Assembly (NCBI GenBank): GCA_038087875.1
Contig: CM075977.1
Span: 97,960,001-98,024,000, forward strand
DNA length: 64,000 nt
Reading direction: 5' to 3'
Source: Malacoraja senta
Taxonomy: Eukaryota
A program made the translations under genes and the position numbers. Shown here in pieces: positions 48,321 to 61,619 of this stretch. The notes beneath the pieces are model-generated. The model did no database searches. It worked only from the letters and a program-made list of their open reading frames with translations, and was not told where the DNA came from. How positions within the stretch are numbered: the stretch's first letter is position 1; each line of letters opens with the position of its first letter.

Positions 48321-49869
48321 CTGCACAGCAAGCTGTACTGTGGGACCCTTTGCAAATGCTGGCAATACCAGGCAGGAATGACAATGAAAGCAAAACACAA
48401 AGGCCAACTATGAACCTTACAAGCACAGGTAGCACATTCCATATACAGTCCTGCTGCAGCAGCTGAGGTGCTTGCAGCAGCTAATAGATCACGGTCACCA
48501 ATATCAAAACAAAGTCCCTGCAGGCAAAGTTTCCAAATACTCTTCTCGCTCAATTCTGTCAGCAATCAGAGATGACCAAAGGTACAATTTGAGATTGTAA
48601 GTTTAATGATAGCCATAGCTGAAGAGTTTACATCAAGTCACCAAATTAAGAGCAATTTATTTTTCTGCTGAACACAAATTCAACGTAATCACCAACAAAC
48701 TTGCAATCGATGTCAGACCCCTTTAAATAAGCAAGGCTTGATGGAAGGAGGGTGGATTCGTTTTTCTGTGCATGTTTAATGCATAATATTAGCTGGATCA
48801 TTGCAGCCCAATCTTATCATGACTAACATTAAATCAGGTCGTACAAGGGTTGTTTTGGCAAGGGTTGCTTTTGGCTTACATATAACATTATATAATACCA
48901 TGCTAATTTGTTGACCAATGAAAACCATACAAATGATGTGTGCTGAAAGAAAGTCAAGAAGGGTAAATGGGCTGAATTTTTGTGGCCTTTTAATCATTCA
49001 ATTAAGCTTTGTGGGAGCTTATGGTGTGGAAATTTTAGTGACTATTCTGTATGATAATAACAATAATATTTCAAAATTACATAAGTTCACAGTGAGACAT
49101 CCTAATGTAATGAAATGACGACGCATTTTTCATTTGATATGACAACATTGGAGCAGATAATTAATGTTGAGACATATTAAATTTCATCCTCGGGGGTCCT
49201 TAGAATTCACGAGCCTCTCTCAGAGCATAGTCGGGGTGGATGGGGGGTTATCTTGGAATTACTAATTCATGGAGACATGCATTAAGGAAATAATAAATTG
49301 CCATGTGCGTTATATGTCTCAAAGGAGGTGCACCGACTGATTTAGATTAAAATATCATTTAATGAGAACGAAGCATCAGAATTCTTGTACACTGGATCCC
49401 CCAAAAGCCATGTGACGCAGATTTGCCCACCAAAATCCATACATTTGACAAATGCTGTGTCTCAACTGTTCACTGTGGTGTGTAAAATTACCAGGGAAGG
49501 TCAAGGGTAGTATTAAGTGTTTTGTAATGTACTGATGGATGACAAGCAGGAACTATTCTATACAGGCTTAAGACTTACTGGATAATTAAAGTTAAAGTTA
49601 TTGCATTATTAATTATATTTTATATATTATTAAAGTATAATATATTATATATATTTCTAATATTATATATGTTAATTGAAGCAATGAGTTAATGAAATGC
49701 ATATTGGGATGCTTGAGGAAAGAAAGCCAGTAAGTTAGGGAAATGTTGGTTCTCAGATTAGCTTCTCACCCATGAGCAGGAATGGGTCAGGGGCAATTAA
49801 AAAGTGAAATTCAGATGATTTACCCTGATCTGTCATGCACCCTATGACTAAATGTTCCACTGTTACACT

Positions 49870-50605
49870 TGATTCTCCTTGCATTTGACCTCCCAAAGAG
49901 CATCACATCACAGGTTAGATTCTATCTGCCATTTCTCTTGCAACCCTTTTCACAAAGGACAACTCCACCGATTTTTGTGTTGTCTGCAAAATGACCAGCC
50001 CACCTATGTTTTTATTCAAATCATTTATATCTATCAGAAACACGAGAGGTCTCAACACTGATTCCTGCTGAATACCACTGCTTAGAAACCTCCAGTCTAG
50101 AAATGGCCTTCACCACAACCCTCTGTCTTCAAAGGCCAAGCCAATTTTGAATCCAATCTACCAAGTCACTGTGGATCCCAGGCATCTTAATCTGGATCAG
50201 CCTACGAGTGCCCTGATCAAATGCTTTACTAAAGCCCATAGATACAACATTCACTGCCCCATCCTCATCAGTCATCTTAGTCATTTTCTCAAAAAATTCA
50301 ATACAGTTTGTAAGACAGGACATTACCTGCTCTGCACATAACCATGCTATAGACTATTTCTAATAAGTCCATGTTTCTTTTCAAATGCAACAAAATCCTA
50401 TCACAATAAATTCTCTGCAATAATTTCCCTACCACTGATACAAGGCTCACCAGCTGATAATTTGCTGGATTATCACAATTGTTATTTTTAAACGAATTAA
50501 CAGCATTGGCTATTCTACAGTACTCTGGGACTTTACCTGTACCTAGACAGGATACAAAAAAATCCATCAAGGTCTCTGCAATCTCTTCTCTTGCTCCCCT
50601 CAAAA
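49870..50605 (-). mobile_element. Degraded CR1 RT fragment
   Basis: ORFs 50298-50603 (REEIAE.L..NPANY..VSL.SVVGKLL) and 50129-50323 (SCLTN.IEFFE..FSKAFD). Confidence 0.85.
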
Positions 50606-50917
50606 ATCTGTGATAGACTACTCTTCAAAAACTAGCAAACCCATAAAAGCAATCAACTATTTACATTTACAAAGTATATAATCAATCTATTAAATTATTA
50701 TTTACCAATGAAATTGGACAAATAAGTGATTATCTACAGATGTGCATTTCCATTTATAATTTACTCAATTATAAATTAAGTTTCGTGGTCTTGTCTACAA
50801 ACTCGGAGCTGTAGTATACATCCATGAGTTATTCATTCAAGAGCAGATGATTCACTGGATCACTTCTACAGATGAGCATCATACATATTTTGTCTCACAT
50901 CGTATTCTGTGTATAAG

Positions 50918-51160
50918 GACATAAGGTCATAAGTGATAGGAGCAGAATTAGGTCATTTGGCCCATCAAGTCTACTCCGCCTTTCAATCATGGCTGATCTA
51001 TCTCTCCCTCCTAACCCCATTCTCCTGCCTTCTCCCCATAACCCCTGACACTCTTACTAATCAAGAATCAAGAATCACAGTGAATGGCGGTGCTGGCTCG
51101 GCTCCTGCACCTATTGTCTATTGTCCATCTATCTCTGCCTTAAAAATATCCATTGACTTG
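50918..51160 (-). mobile_element. CR1 3' end with about 50 bp of an opposite-strand CR1 tail inserted
   Basis: Matches 47775-47960. The insert TGAATGGCGGTGCTGGCTCG..CCTATTGTCTATTGTC at about 51080-51126 matches 1323-1380. Confidence 0.75.
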
Positions 51161-51975
51161 CTTGATTATATTAAGATTTCTATCTTCACAACTATTAATA
51201 TACTGTATTATATATTCTAGACATCAAACTATCTGCATAAAGTTTAACTCAGAATTACTTTTTCTTTGGCAGTCCCTCATAATAGCATGTAATTGTTGTT
51301 ATAATTTCAGTTCTCTAGGTTCTGAGGTGACTAATGCGTGCTTGTTTACTCTGCCATTGATGTGGCATGAAGTGTTTGATGGGACATTTAGGTAGACAGT
51401 GTGTGAGGTGATGTGCCACTTCTGCAATTTAAGCTGGGCTTCTGTCTGTTCCTAACAAATGGACTGAAGGTTCTCAATGACCAAGAATTCCAATATGCAG
51501 GTGGGCATATTACATTTTTACAAAAAGGTTTTGAGAACACCATTGAATCTTTCCCCCTATTCAACATTGCTGTAACAGAATAGTATCTGAAGAATTTGGT
51601 GTCAGGTGTGCAAATAATTAATTTGAGCCTTTGAGTGCTGGGAGAGAACACCAATGTTGGCTTGCTGATTATGGACATTAAAGATGCAAACAGGGGAATT
51701 TGGATCAAGAGTAAACCATGGCCCCTTAAGCTTGTTCTGCCAAGTAATAAGATCACGCCCTACTCTATTTCGAACCTCAGTTCCACTTTCCTACATACCC
51801 AGTGTAACATTTCACCTTCTTGCTTTACAAGATATCTACTGCTGTCTTTAGACTGTCAAATTTCCATGGTCATCTATGAAAAGGTTTGAAAGAGGCATTG
51901 GTATGCTTTAGGTACACAAAAACGCTGGAGAAACTCAGCGGGTGCAGCAGAATCTCTGGAGCGAAGGAAATAGGC

Positions 51976-52003
51976 AACGTTTCGGGCCGAAACCCTTCTT
52001 CAG
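51976..52003 (-). ncRNA. Minimal type-I hammerhead ribozyme core in a Penelope-derived fragment (51910-52005)
   Basis: The minus strand reads CUGAAGA-A-GGGU(UUCG)GCCC-GAAA-CGUU. Helix I is only weakly paired. Confidence 0.6.
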
Positions 52004-52429
52004 ACATGCTTTATTGGTCTTATTGTCTATGTGGTTGGACAGGTCAAATTATTGGTGATATTTATACCAAGGAACTTGAAGCTGTTAACCATCTCCATTT
52101 CAGCATTATTGATGCAGACCCCACTTCCAATGGATTTCTAATTCATTATTTTTTTTCCTTAAATAAAGTGATCTATATTGTCCTCTATAAATGAAACATA
52201 ACCTCCCTAATTCTTTTTCAATTACCCTGGAATCAAAAATAAAATTTTACTAGTCTTCCCTAACTACTTGCTATAACTTTAATGTAAATATTGTTTATAG
52301 TATCTCTCCAATATTTTGGGATGCCTACGGTATTCTATGTAGAGAAATGTAGGTACTATTGCTGCCTTGTAAGCCACAAACTTTGTTCCAGGCTTGAAGT
52401 CTTGATTTTAAAACATTCTATTCCTCAAG

Positions 52430-53010
52430 TTGCCAAAGGCGATTTTGAATTCCATCACTAATGTCTGCCTTCGTTGGGATATGGAACATAATCTACATTT
52501 CTCAAGGCCTTTGTTCTTAAAGGGCAGGGGTGGTTTTGTATAGTAGGAAGAAACTGGTGGTTGACCTTTTTTTATGCAGATGTTAAGTATAAGGTTCAGC
52601 ATCTTACATTCTTTGGTAAACAAGCTGATGATGAGTTGGAGGTTGGCCTTCGGTTTGCACTATTGCAGCTTGATGACTTAAGCTGTCACAGCCTTGGTTC
52701 TGGTTCGGAGCTAAGGTAGATTGAACAGTTTCCCATTTGAACCAGACCTTAATACTACTGCAGTGGAGGAGATGTAGTGGTGAGAAGGATTAAGAAGTGT
52801 GTTGGGGGGTAATGAAGAAAACCTGCTTGAAACCAGTCCGTGCTGTGATTGAGTCTGGTGTGGACCTGTTGGTTAAGGTCACAGTTTGTATGGCATTTGT
52901 ATGGCATATGAAATAAGAGGGAAATAAGTTAATGTGGGTCACTGATAGAGTTAAAAGTTTTGTGAAGTCAACAAAAATCAGAATAGTAATTAATATTGCT
53001 CCTTGCATTT
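52430..53010 (-). mobile_element. Highly degraded RTE-clade RT fragment
   Basis: Remnants FVDFTK, TGFKQ and GKLFNL..LRTRTK on the minus strand. Confidence 0.55.
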
Positions 53011-53054
53011 CTCTAACAGATAACATGCAATGAAGATCATGTCCATTTTGTTTC

Positions 53055-53358
53055 TTATTTACTTGCTGCCTATTATGCCTGCTGGCATGTAGGGCAGCAA
53101 CAAAGGTCCTCCACTCAGTAATGTTGATTCCTTCAGTTGCTGTTTCCGTAACATATTTGTTTTACGAGACAGGGTTGTTAGCCCTGTGCTCAACCTCCAA
53201 CCTGGAGGATCAGTGGATCGCTCTTCATCTCGCCTCTACCCTTCGACCTGTCCAGCATGGGAGACCCTAACAGGAGACGAATCTCCCGCTGGCATAGCTC
53301 TAGGGGTCACTGAGACACACAAGCTCCCCAACCACGACAAGGTTGCAATCCAACGGGG
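53055..53358 (-). mobile_element. Internally deleted RTE element (5' UTR fused to 3' end)
   Basis: The minus strand begins CCTTGTCGTGGTTGGGGAGCTTG..GAGCTATG (RTE/Expander-like 5' end) and ends TGGAGGACCTTTGTTGCTGCCCTACATGCC..GCAAGTAA (RTE-like 3' end). Confidence 0.65.
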
Positions 53359-54844
53359 AGCATTTTGTTTCGCGATGGATGGAATTGATGAAGTTGTGAA
53401 TTTGTGTCTAAAGTTCTTAACTCGAGATTGTAGAGAAAGCTGCCAAGGAGGACCCTAGCTTCCAGTCTCACACTCAGGGAGACCTCTTTAAGTTGTACTT
53501 CTGGAAATTAACACCACAGTTCAAGTCATGTTAGGCTAACAGTGCTCAATGATACACTAACCAAAATTATTTTCTTCAGACACTGAAGATCCAAAATGTT
53601 GTCCAATATTTGGAAGCACCAGGACCTTTTTTTATCAACCCTCTCTTCTCTGGCAAATAATTCCACCCCCTTCCTTGTCAGAGCCTCAGGCTGAAACAAC
53701 CATTTTGTAAACTTAGCATTTTATTCCATTCTGATTTAAGTTTCCAATCCCAATCCCCCACTAGCACCAACACTGCTTGCATGCACCTCCATCTTATCCT
53801 GCGTGTAACCCCAAACCCATGTCTTAGTCTATCTGCTGCTGAATCCTTAAAGTGGGCTGTGTTTGGGCTATTCCTTTAGTCCTGTGAACAGCACCTTATT
53901 TTCCACATGTTCACCTAAAACCTCCCTGCGTCTTGTGAACCAAACAGCAAAATGTATTCAACCATTTTTTTCAACAATACATTAAAACAACCTATGCTTA
54001 GATTTCACAACTCAGCATATTCAATACACCATCATATCAACGTTTGACATTAAGGTATACCAATTAAGAATACTGTATATAGTAAACAGGAATCCTACGT
54101 TTAAATCAGGTTGATTTTGTTAAATCGCAATCCACCAAGAGTTATGATATTATGTTGAATTTAAATAACCTACAAAATGACTGCATAGGTTCATTAATAC
54201 TCAATTAGGTTACCATTGATCCAAAAGTGAAAGATAATCTAAACTGGCTTTTCAATGCATTACGAGGTGTGGTGTAATGTCAATGGTGCCAGCTTAAACC
54301 GAGAGCTGAGTGCCTGTGGATATAAAGACCATATTGTCCCTTTGAAAAATCAAGATTTTCCCTTCAATGAACATAGAAATATAAATTTGCTGATGATTTA
54401 TCTAATAAGAGTCAATGTAGATTGTGTTGTGTCTCAGTTGGCTGACAAACTGAAACAAACATGCTCCGACTGGAATAGATCTGGAGCAGTGAAAAATATA
54501 AAACATACACTCCTCCCTTTCTGCACAATTATCTTTTACTCCAACCTAAGAATGACCACGGTACGAGGTTCAGGTTGCAGCACTGTTGGAAACACTTCCT
54601 CTGGCATCTGGTTCAGTAGTCTGAATTATTACATGTTCATACATCACGGAAAAGTAACTCAGCTAACTTGATAAGCAATTGGACAACATTCAATTCTAAT
54701 TAAAAGGTTACTACATAGTCATTTTATATTTTATGTGTTTGTAAGTTCAATCACCGATGGTATTACTATGCTAACTGTTGTACTTTGTGGATGAGTAGAT
54801 CCTGGATATATACACAAGTAGGTCCTTCCACACAAGTACAAGGC

Positions 54845-55290
54845 TATTTTGATGATATTAGAAAGGAACTTGCAAAGATTGACTGGGAGAGCCTGTTGAC
54901 TAGTAGAGGGATGTCTAGCAAGTGAGAGGATTTTAAAAGTGAGCTAGGAAGAGTTAGAGTCATCATGTTCCTGTTAGAGTGAAGGGCAGGGCTGGTAGGA
55001 AAGGATTCTGAGGGACCACATTTAGTTGTAGTTGGAAAGGCAAGGATTGATTTAGGATAGTCAGCATGACATTGTTCATATAAGATCACGTCTCACAAAT
55101 TTGACTGAGTTTTTAAAGGAAGTGACCAAGAAAAACTGAAGGAGGAACTCAGCGAGTCAGGCAGCATACATATTGGGAAATGAACATATGTAATCTCGGG
55201 TTGGGACTCTTCTTCTGACCCAAAATGTTATCTGTCCATTTCCTTCCACAGATGCTGCCTGACCTGTTGAGTTCCTCCAGCTGTTTGTTT
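54845..55290. mobile_element. Old CR1 fragments (54845-55135) and a Penelope-derived palindrome (55135-55290)
   Basis: ELAKIDWE..W..FK-like remnant and inverted arms GGAGGAACTCAGC / GTTGAGTTCCTCC. Confidence 0.55.
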
Positions 55291-56858
55291 TTTACTCATG
55301 ATACCAATATCGGAAGTCAAATTGTAAACATTGCATAAAACGTGAGAGGTACAACACATTGACGATGGGATGGAACAATGCTGGTATAGTGTATAAATAC
55401 AGCATGGAAACAGGCTCCACGACACATCAAATCCACGGCGACCATTCACACTAGTTCTATGTTATCCCACTCCCAACACACTAGCGCCAATTTACAGAGG
55501 CCAATAACCTACAATTAACCTATCTTTGGGATATGGGAGAAAACTGGAGCACCCAGAGGAATAATATAGTATAAATATATATATATAGGATGAAAATGAT
55601 TATTATCTGTTCTTTTCACGATCATGTTCTTTCTGAGGCTATTGTTCTTCATAAAACGCTGTAACAGAATTAACCAGAATACTATGAAAAGGAGTGTCGA
55701 TAAGCTACTTTTAACAAGTATAAAGAGAATGTAGATTGTAAAGAACAATGACATTGTTGCAGCCAACTCTGATCTCTACTGCCAAAAATTACTCAGTGTG
55801 TCTCTTACTCATGTAAAAAAAGGCAAGGAGTTGTAAAATGTGTTTGGTCTCAGGAGCCAAACAGTTTTGCCAGTTAATTTTACATTGCTGTATTGCAACC
55901 AGTTAATGTTGCAGCTGTATAGTTTCATAAATTTTAGCAATTTTTATCTTGTATTTTTATCTTTATTTTTATCTCCTTTCAAGTTGCCTGTTGCAAGAGA
56001 AAGGCAATACATTTTTGTGTGACATCAATACATTTTCGTATGTCATGACTTCAGACCATAAAACACTTGATACATACAATTGGGTGTTACCAGGAGATGG
56101 CACTATATCTCTTACTGTGGCATTGGTGCATCAATATATTATTATTTTGAAATAATATCGCATTTGTAGTGGTATATTTTCTTATTGCAACAAAACATTT
56201 AGATAGTGCAGTAGGTTAATGTCGTTTTATACTGAACATTCCCTCAGCATAGTCTATGGGTAGATTGAATCGTTGGCTTAATCTCACCTGCAACAGTGTA
56301 TTATCATGGGTCAATATTTATTTGTGGTGCAGCAGGGCAGTAGTAAAGTTGCAGTAATGCAGCAAAAGATTTCATGTTCAGGAAAGTAAGAGTACATATA
56401 GATATTTACATTGCTCAACACCTATGAATTTTCATATTTCATCAGTTCACTAGTATGCTGTGTAAGAAGTACTTTTCCATATAGATATTGTACGGCAATA
56501 TATTTTCATGCAGTTTTCCTACAGGGAATTGACATCTGAGCATAGTTATTTTGCTGCAGAAAGAACTATAAGCACTTGTGATCAGCAATAATTGTTGCAC
56601 AGTGGGGTTGTGCTTCTCGAACATCAGGTAACTAACTATAGCATTGCACAGTATGTGCAAGTATTTTAAAGTGTTATCACAAAAGAAAAATGTTAATCAG
56701 AAATAATTCAGATGTTGTAAATTTGAAATCAAAACAGAAAATGCTGGAAAAACTCAGCACGTGAGACAGCATCTGTTGCAGACCTGAAACGGTGGCTATG
56801 ACTCATTCCACGGATTAGTTTTTCTGTCATTTTCTGTTTTTATTTCAGGTTTCCTGCA

Positions 56859-58605
56859 GTTTTTTTTTTTTTTTTAAATTTGTATTTTATTAGAAGTACA
56901 TTACATTACAACCACATACATTAGTACTTGTCATTTATATCTTCTTACAATTAATGTACTCCATTTATTTTTTACACTAGAAAAGGAAAAGATTGAAAGA
57001 AAGAAGAAAGTGAAGGAAAAAGTGGAAGTGTAGGAAATGTGACAACAAAAAAGGACAAAGACCCTATAAGAGCAAAATTAAAAACAAAAGAAAAAGAGTT
57101 AAGAAATAGACCCTAGGAAAAAAAGAAAGAGAGAAAGAGGAAAAAGAGAGAAACAAATATTTTTATGAGCATTACGCAAATTGGACATACCAACTCTTCA
57201 ACTATCATCCCCCCTTACCTGACCTCAATTTTTTTTTAAAGTACTTTTGCACCTTATGTTTGTAATAATTCTATAAATGCAGACCACGTCAGGTGGAAAT
57301 GATCTGGTTTACCTGCTAGGAGGAGTCTTATCTCTTCTAGGTGTAATGTTTCAAACATATTTGAAATCCACATATTTATAGTTGGTATTGGAGCCTTCTT
57401 CCAAAATTTTAGAATTAGCTTTTTTCCAGTTATTAACCCATAGTCCATTAGTTTCTTTTGAAACACATTTAGTTCTGGACCATCTTCCGTTATACCGAAG
57501 ATAATCCATTCTGCTTTGGGTATCAGTCTTGTTTTAAATAACTTTGTAAAGATTTCAAAAATTTCATTCCAACATTTTTCAATTTTTGTACAAGAAACGA
57601 ATGAGTGCGTTATAGTAGCTTCTTGGGATTGACATTTATCACAAATAGATGATACATTTGGGAAAATTCTATGAATTTTAGTTTTCGAATAATATAATCT
57701 ATGTAAAATTTTAAATTGTATTAAAGTGTGTCTTACATTAATCGAACATTTATGCACGTTTAATAAGTATTCATTCCAACTTTCCTTTGAAATTTTAATA
57801 GCTAACTCTTGTTCCCAGTCTCTTCTGATACCCTCCGTAGATGGTATTTGTGCATTTAAGATAATATTATACAAATATGATATTAAGTTTGCTGATTCCG
57901 CTTTTATCTGCATTGCCTCGTCCAGTACATCTGCTGGGTTATTATGATGATCTTTTGTATATTTTTTCAAATAGTCGCATATTTGAAAATATTTAAAATA
58001 TTGATTATTTCCGAGTTTATATTTTATTTGTAATTGTTGAAATGAAAGTAATTTTCCAGTTTCATACAAGTCACCAAGCGTTTTAATTCCTAATCTATCC
58101 CATTGTGTATAAGCTTTATCTATAATAGAAGGATTAAACGAAGGGTTATTGACTATAGGTAATAAAAGTGATAAATTTCTTAATTTTAAATTTTGTTTTA
58201 TTTGTTTCCAAATTCGGATTGTACTATGAATAATTGGGTTCTTATTGTAATTTATGTTATTCAATTTCATTGGAGAGAGGAGGATCGCGCCAATGTTTCT
58301 AGAGGAGCAATCCTCTTTCTCCATTACAATCCAGTCCGCTTGCTGGGCGGAGTTATCCATCAGTTGAATCATATTTTTAATATTTACTGACCAATAATAA
58401 TACATAAAATTAGGTAGTGCTAAACCCCCTAATACTTTAGGTTTATTCAGATGAGTTTTTTGTATTCTATGTGATTTATAGTCCCATATAAAATTAGTGA
58501 TATCTGAGTCGAGTTTTTAAAAAAACTTCTTTGGTAAGTATATAGGAATTGATTGAAATAGGTATAAAATTTGTGGTAAAAAGATCATTTTTATTGCGTT
58601 TATTG
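56859..58605 (-). mobile_element. L1-clade LINE 3' end with poly(A) tail
   Basis: Uninterrupted 383-aa ORF 57254-58405 homologous to 40770-41950 (CDKC..H...C). AATAAA near 56885 and a T-run at 56859-56876. Confidence 0.92.
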
Positions 58606-58836
58606 ATTAATAACTTGTCACAGTCTTTGCTCTCTTCAGCCGAAGATAACTTTACATTGCCGGGGATTTTCAAGCATTTTGTTTATATTTGCTACAAATG
58701 TTAATCATCCTTATATTTAAATCATTGCTTGAAATAAGTCATATACTTAGCATAAATTTCAATTGTGCACTTTAGTAACATTCTACGTAACATGCAATAG
58801 TCCCACTAATTTTCAAATGGTATAACTATCTATTTA

Positions 58837-59127
58837 GGGCGGCACGGTGGTGCAGCGGTAGAGTTGCTGCCTTACAGTGCCAGAGACCCAGGTTCGATCC
58901 TGACTACGGGTGCTGTCTGTACGGAGTTTGTACGTTCTCCCCGTGACCTGCGTGGGTTTTCTCCGAGATCTCCGGTTCCCTCCCACACTCCAAAGACATA
59001 CAGGTTTGTAGCTCAATTGGTTTGGTATAATTGTAAATTGTCCCCAGTGTGTGCAGGATAGTGTTAGTGTATGGGGATGCGCAGACCCGTTTCCGCGCTG
59101 TATTTCTAAACTAAACTAAACCAAACT
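58837..59127 (+). mobile_element. V-SINE (HE1-like)
   Basis: GGGCGGCACGGTGGTGCAGCGGTAGAG head, B-box, V-domain and (CTAAA)n tail. Confidence 0.88.
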
Positions 59128-59667
59128 ATCAAGGCCATATTGTTAAATAAACTTCATAGGCTTTAACATGCCACGCTGCCCCAGACCCATTCATAAAACA
59201 AAGCAGATGTGGTTAGGCACAATTATATGCCACAAATCTGGGCAACAGACTTGGTCTAGTGAAAGAATCAGACAGCAAGTCACAACACATTGGAAAAATG
59301 AGAGTGCACCTCTTTGTTCAAGTGTGAATGATTAAATTCTACAGAATATGAAAGTGAGAATTTGGACTGCGACAATTGTAATTTCTGTACATGTTATAAT
59401 ATCTAAAATGCACTGATTAAGAACATCCCCCTCAGTCACATTAGGGACAGTTCCCCTCACCTTTCACCCCATCAGCCGTCGCATACAGCACATAATCCTC
59501 CGGCATTTTCGCCACATCCAACGGGATCCTACCTGTCGCCACATCTTCCCATCCCCACCCGTTTCCACCTTCTGCAGAGACCGTTCCCTTTGCAACTCCC
59601 TGGTTAACTCATCCCTTCCCACCCAAACCACCCCCTCCCCGGGACCCTTCCCCAGCAACCGCAGGAA

Positions 59668-61001
59668 ATAGATACATAGATACATAGAAAATAGGTGCAG
59701 GAGTAGGCCATTCGGCCCTTCGAGCCTGCACCGCCATTCAATATGATCATGGCTGATCATCCAACTCAGTATCCCGTACCTGCCTTCTCTCCATACCCCC
59801 TGATCCCCTTAGCCACAAGGGCCACATCTAACTCCCTCTTAAATATAGCCAATGAACTGGCCTCAACTACCCTCTGTGGCAGAGAGTTCCAGAGATTCAC
59901 CACTCTCTGTGTGAAAAAGTTTTTCCTCATCTCGGTCTTAAAGGATTTCCCCCTTATCCTTAAGCTGTGACCTCTTGTCCTGGACTTCCCCAACATCGGG
60001 AACAATCTTCCTGCATCTAGCTTGTCCAACCCCATAAGAATTTTGTACGTTTCTATAAGATCCCCTCTCAATCTCCTAAATTCTAGCGAGTATAAGCCAA
60101 GTCTATCCAGTCTTTCTTCATATGAAAGTCCTGACATCCCAGGAATCAGTCTGGTGAACCTTCTCTGCACCCCCTCTATGGCTATAATGTCCTTCCTCAG
60201 ATTTGGAGACCAAAACTGTACGCAATACTCCAGGTGTGGTCTCACCAAGACCCTGTACAACTGCAGTAGAACCTTCCTGCTCCTATACTCAAATCCTCTT
60301 GCTATGAAAGCCAACATACCATTCGCTTTCTTCACTGCCTGCTGCACCTGCTTGCCTACTTTCAATGACTGGTGTACCATGACACCCAGGTCTCGCTGCA
60401 TCTCCCCATTTCCTAATCGGCCACCATTTAGATAATAGTCTGCCTTCCCGTTTTTGCCACCAAAGTGGATAACCTCACATTTATCCACATTATACTGCAT
60501 CTGCCAAACATTTGCCCACTCACCCAGCCTATCCAAGTCACCTTGCAGTCTCCTAGCATCCTCCTCACAGATAACACTGCCCCCCAGCTTAGTGTCATCC
60601 GCAAACTTGGAGATGTTGCTTTCAATTCCCTCATCCAGTTCATTAATATAAATTGTAAATAGCTGGGGTCCCAGCACTGAGCCTTGCGGTACCCCACTAG
60701 TCACTGCCTGCCATTGTGAAAAGGACCCGTTTACTCCTACTCTTTGCTTCCTGTTTGCCAGCCAGTTCTCTATCCACATCAATACTGAACCCCGAATACC
60801 GTGTGATTTAAGTTTGTATCCTAATCTCTTATGTGGTACCTTGTCGAAAGCCTTCTGAAAGTCCAGATACACCACATCCACTGGTTCTCCCCTATCCACT
60901 GTACTAGTTACATCCTCGAAAAATTCTATAAGATTCGTCAGACACGATTTACCTTTCGTAAATCCATGCTGACTTTGTCCAATGATTTCACCACTTTCCA
61001 C
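59668..61001 (-). mobile_element. Young 5'-truncated CR1 with uninterrupted RT ORF
   Basis: ORF 59766-61010 is stop-free (GVPQGSVLGP, FADD). Tail is (CTATGTAT)n. Confidence 0.96.
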
Positions 61002-61049
61002 ATGTAACACCTGTCCCTCGACTGTCCCTGTCCCTGACAGTCCTTTCAG

Positions 61050-61376
61050 GTGAGGCAGAGGTTCACTTGCACGTCCTCCAACCTCATCTATTGTATCCGC
61101 TGTTCCAGGTGTGGACTCCTATATATCAGTGAGACCATGTGCAAACTCGACGATCATTTCGCTGAACACGTTTACTCAGTCTGCCTGGGCCTACGTGATC
61201 TTCCAGTTGTAAAATACTTTAACTCCCCCTCCCATTCGCATACTGACCTTTCTGTCCTGGGCCTCCTCCATTGTCAGAGTGAGGCCAAACATAAATTGGA
61301 GGAACAGCACCTCATATTTCGCTTGGACAGCTTACAACCCATTGGTATGAATATTATTTTCTCCAACTTCAAGTAA
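61050..61376 (+). pseudogene. Penelope GIY-YIG endonuclease domain
   Basis: FTCTSSNLIYCIRCSRCGLLYISET..FAEH..LEEQHLIFRL..LQP.GMN. Confidence 0.88.
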
Positions 61377-61591
61377 CCCTTGCATCCCCTCACTCTCTGT
61401 CCCTCCCCCACCCTAGTACTAGTTTTAATGTCGTTCCTCTATCTGTATACTCGTTGTCACCTATCCCACAGCCAACAATGGCCTATCGTGTGCCCCACAT
61501 TTCCTTGATTATCATTGCTTTTTGCATATCTTCCATTCATTTCTCTAAGTCCCATCTATATCTCTCATTTCCCTTTCCCCTGACTCTCAGT

Positions 61592-61619
61592 CTGAAGAAG
61601 GGTCTCGACCCGAAATGTC
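61592..61619 (+). ncRNA. Minimal hammerhead ribozyme core in the Penelope terminal repeat
   Basis: CUGAAGA-A-GGGUCUCGACCC-GAAA-UGUC. Other copies have GAAAC, so this is likely CpG decay. Confidence 0.55.

Noticed and set aside
54255-54671. 138-aa plus-strand ORF in unique sequence
   Set aside because: No recognisable domain and no convincing splice signals on this strand; compatible with chance.
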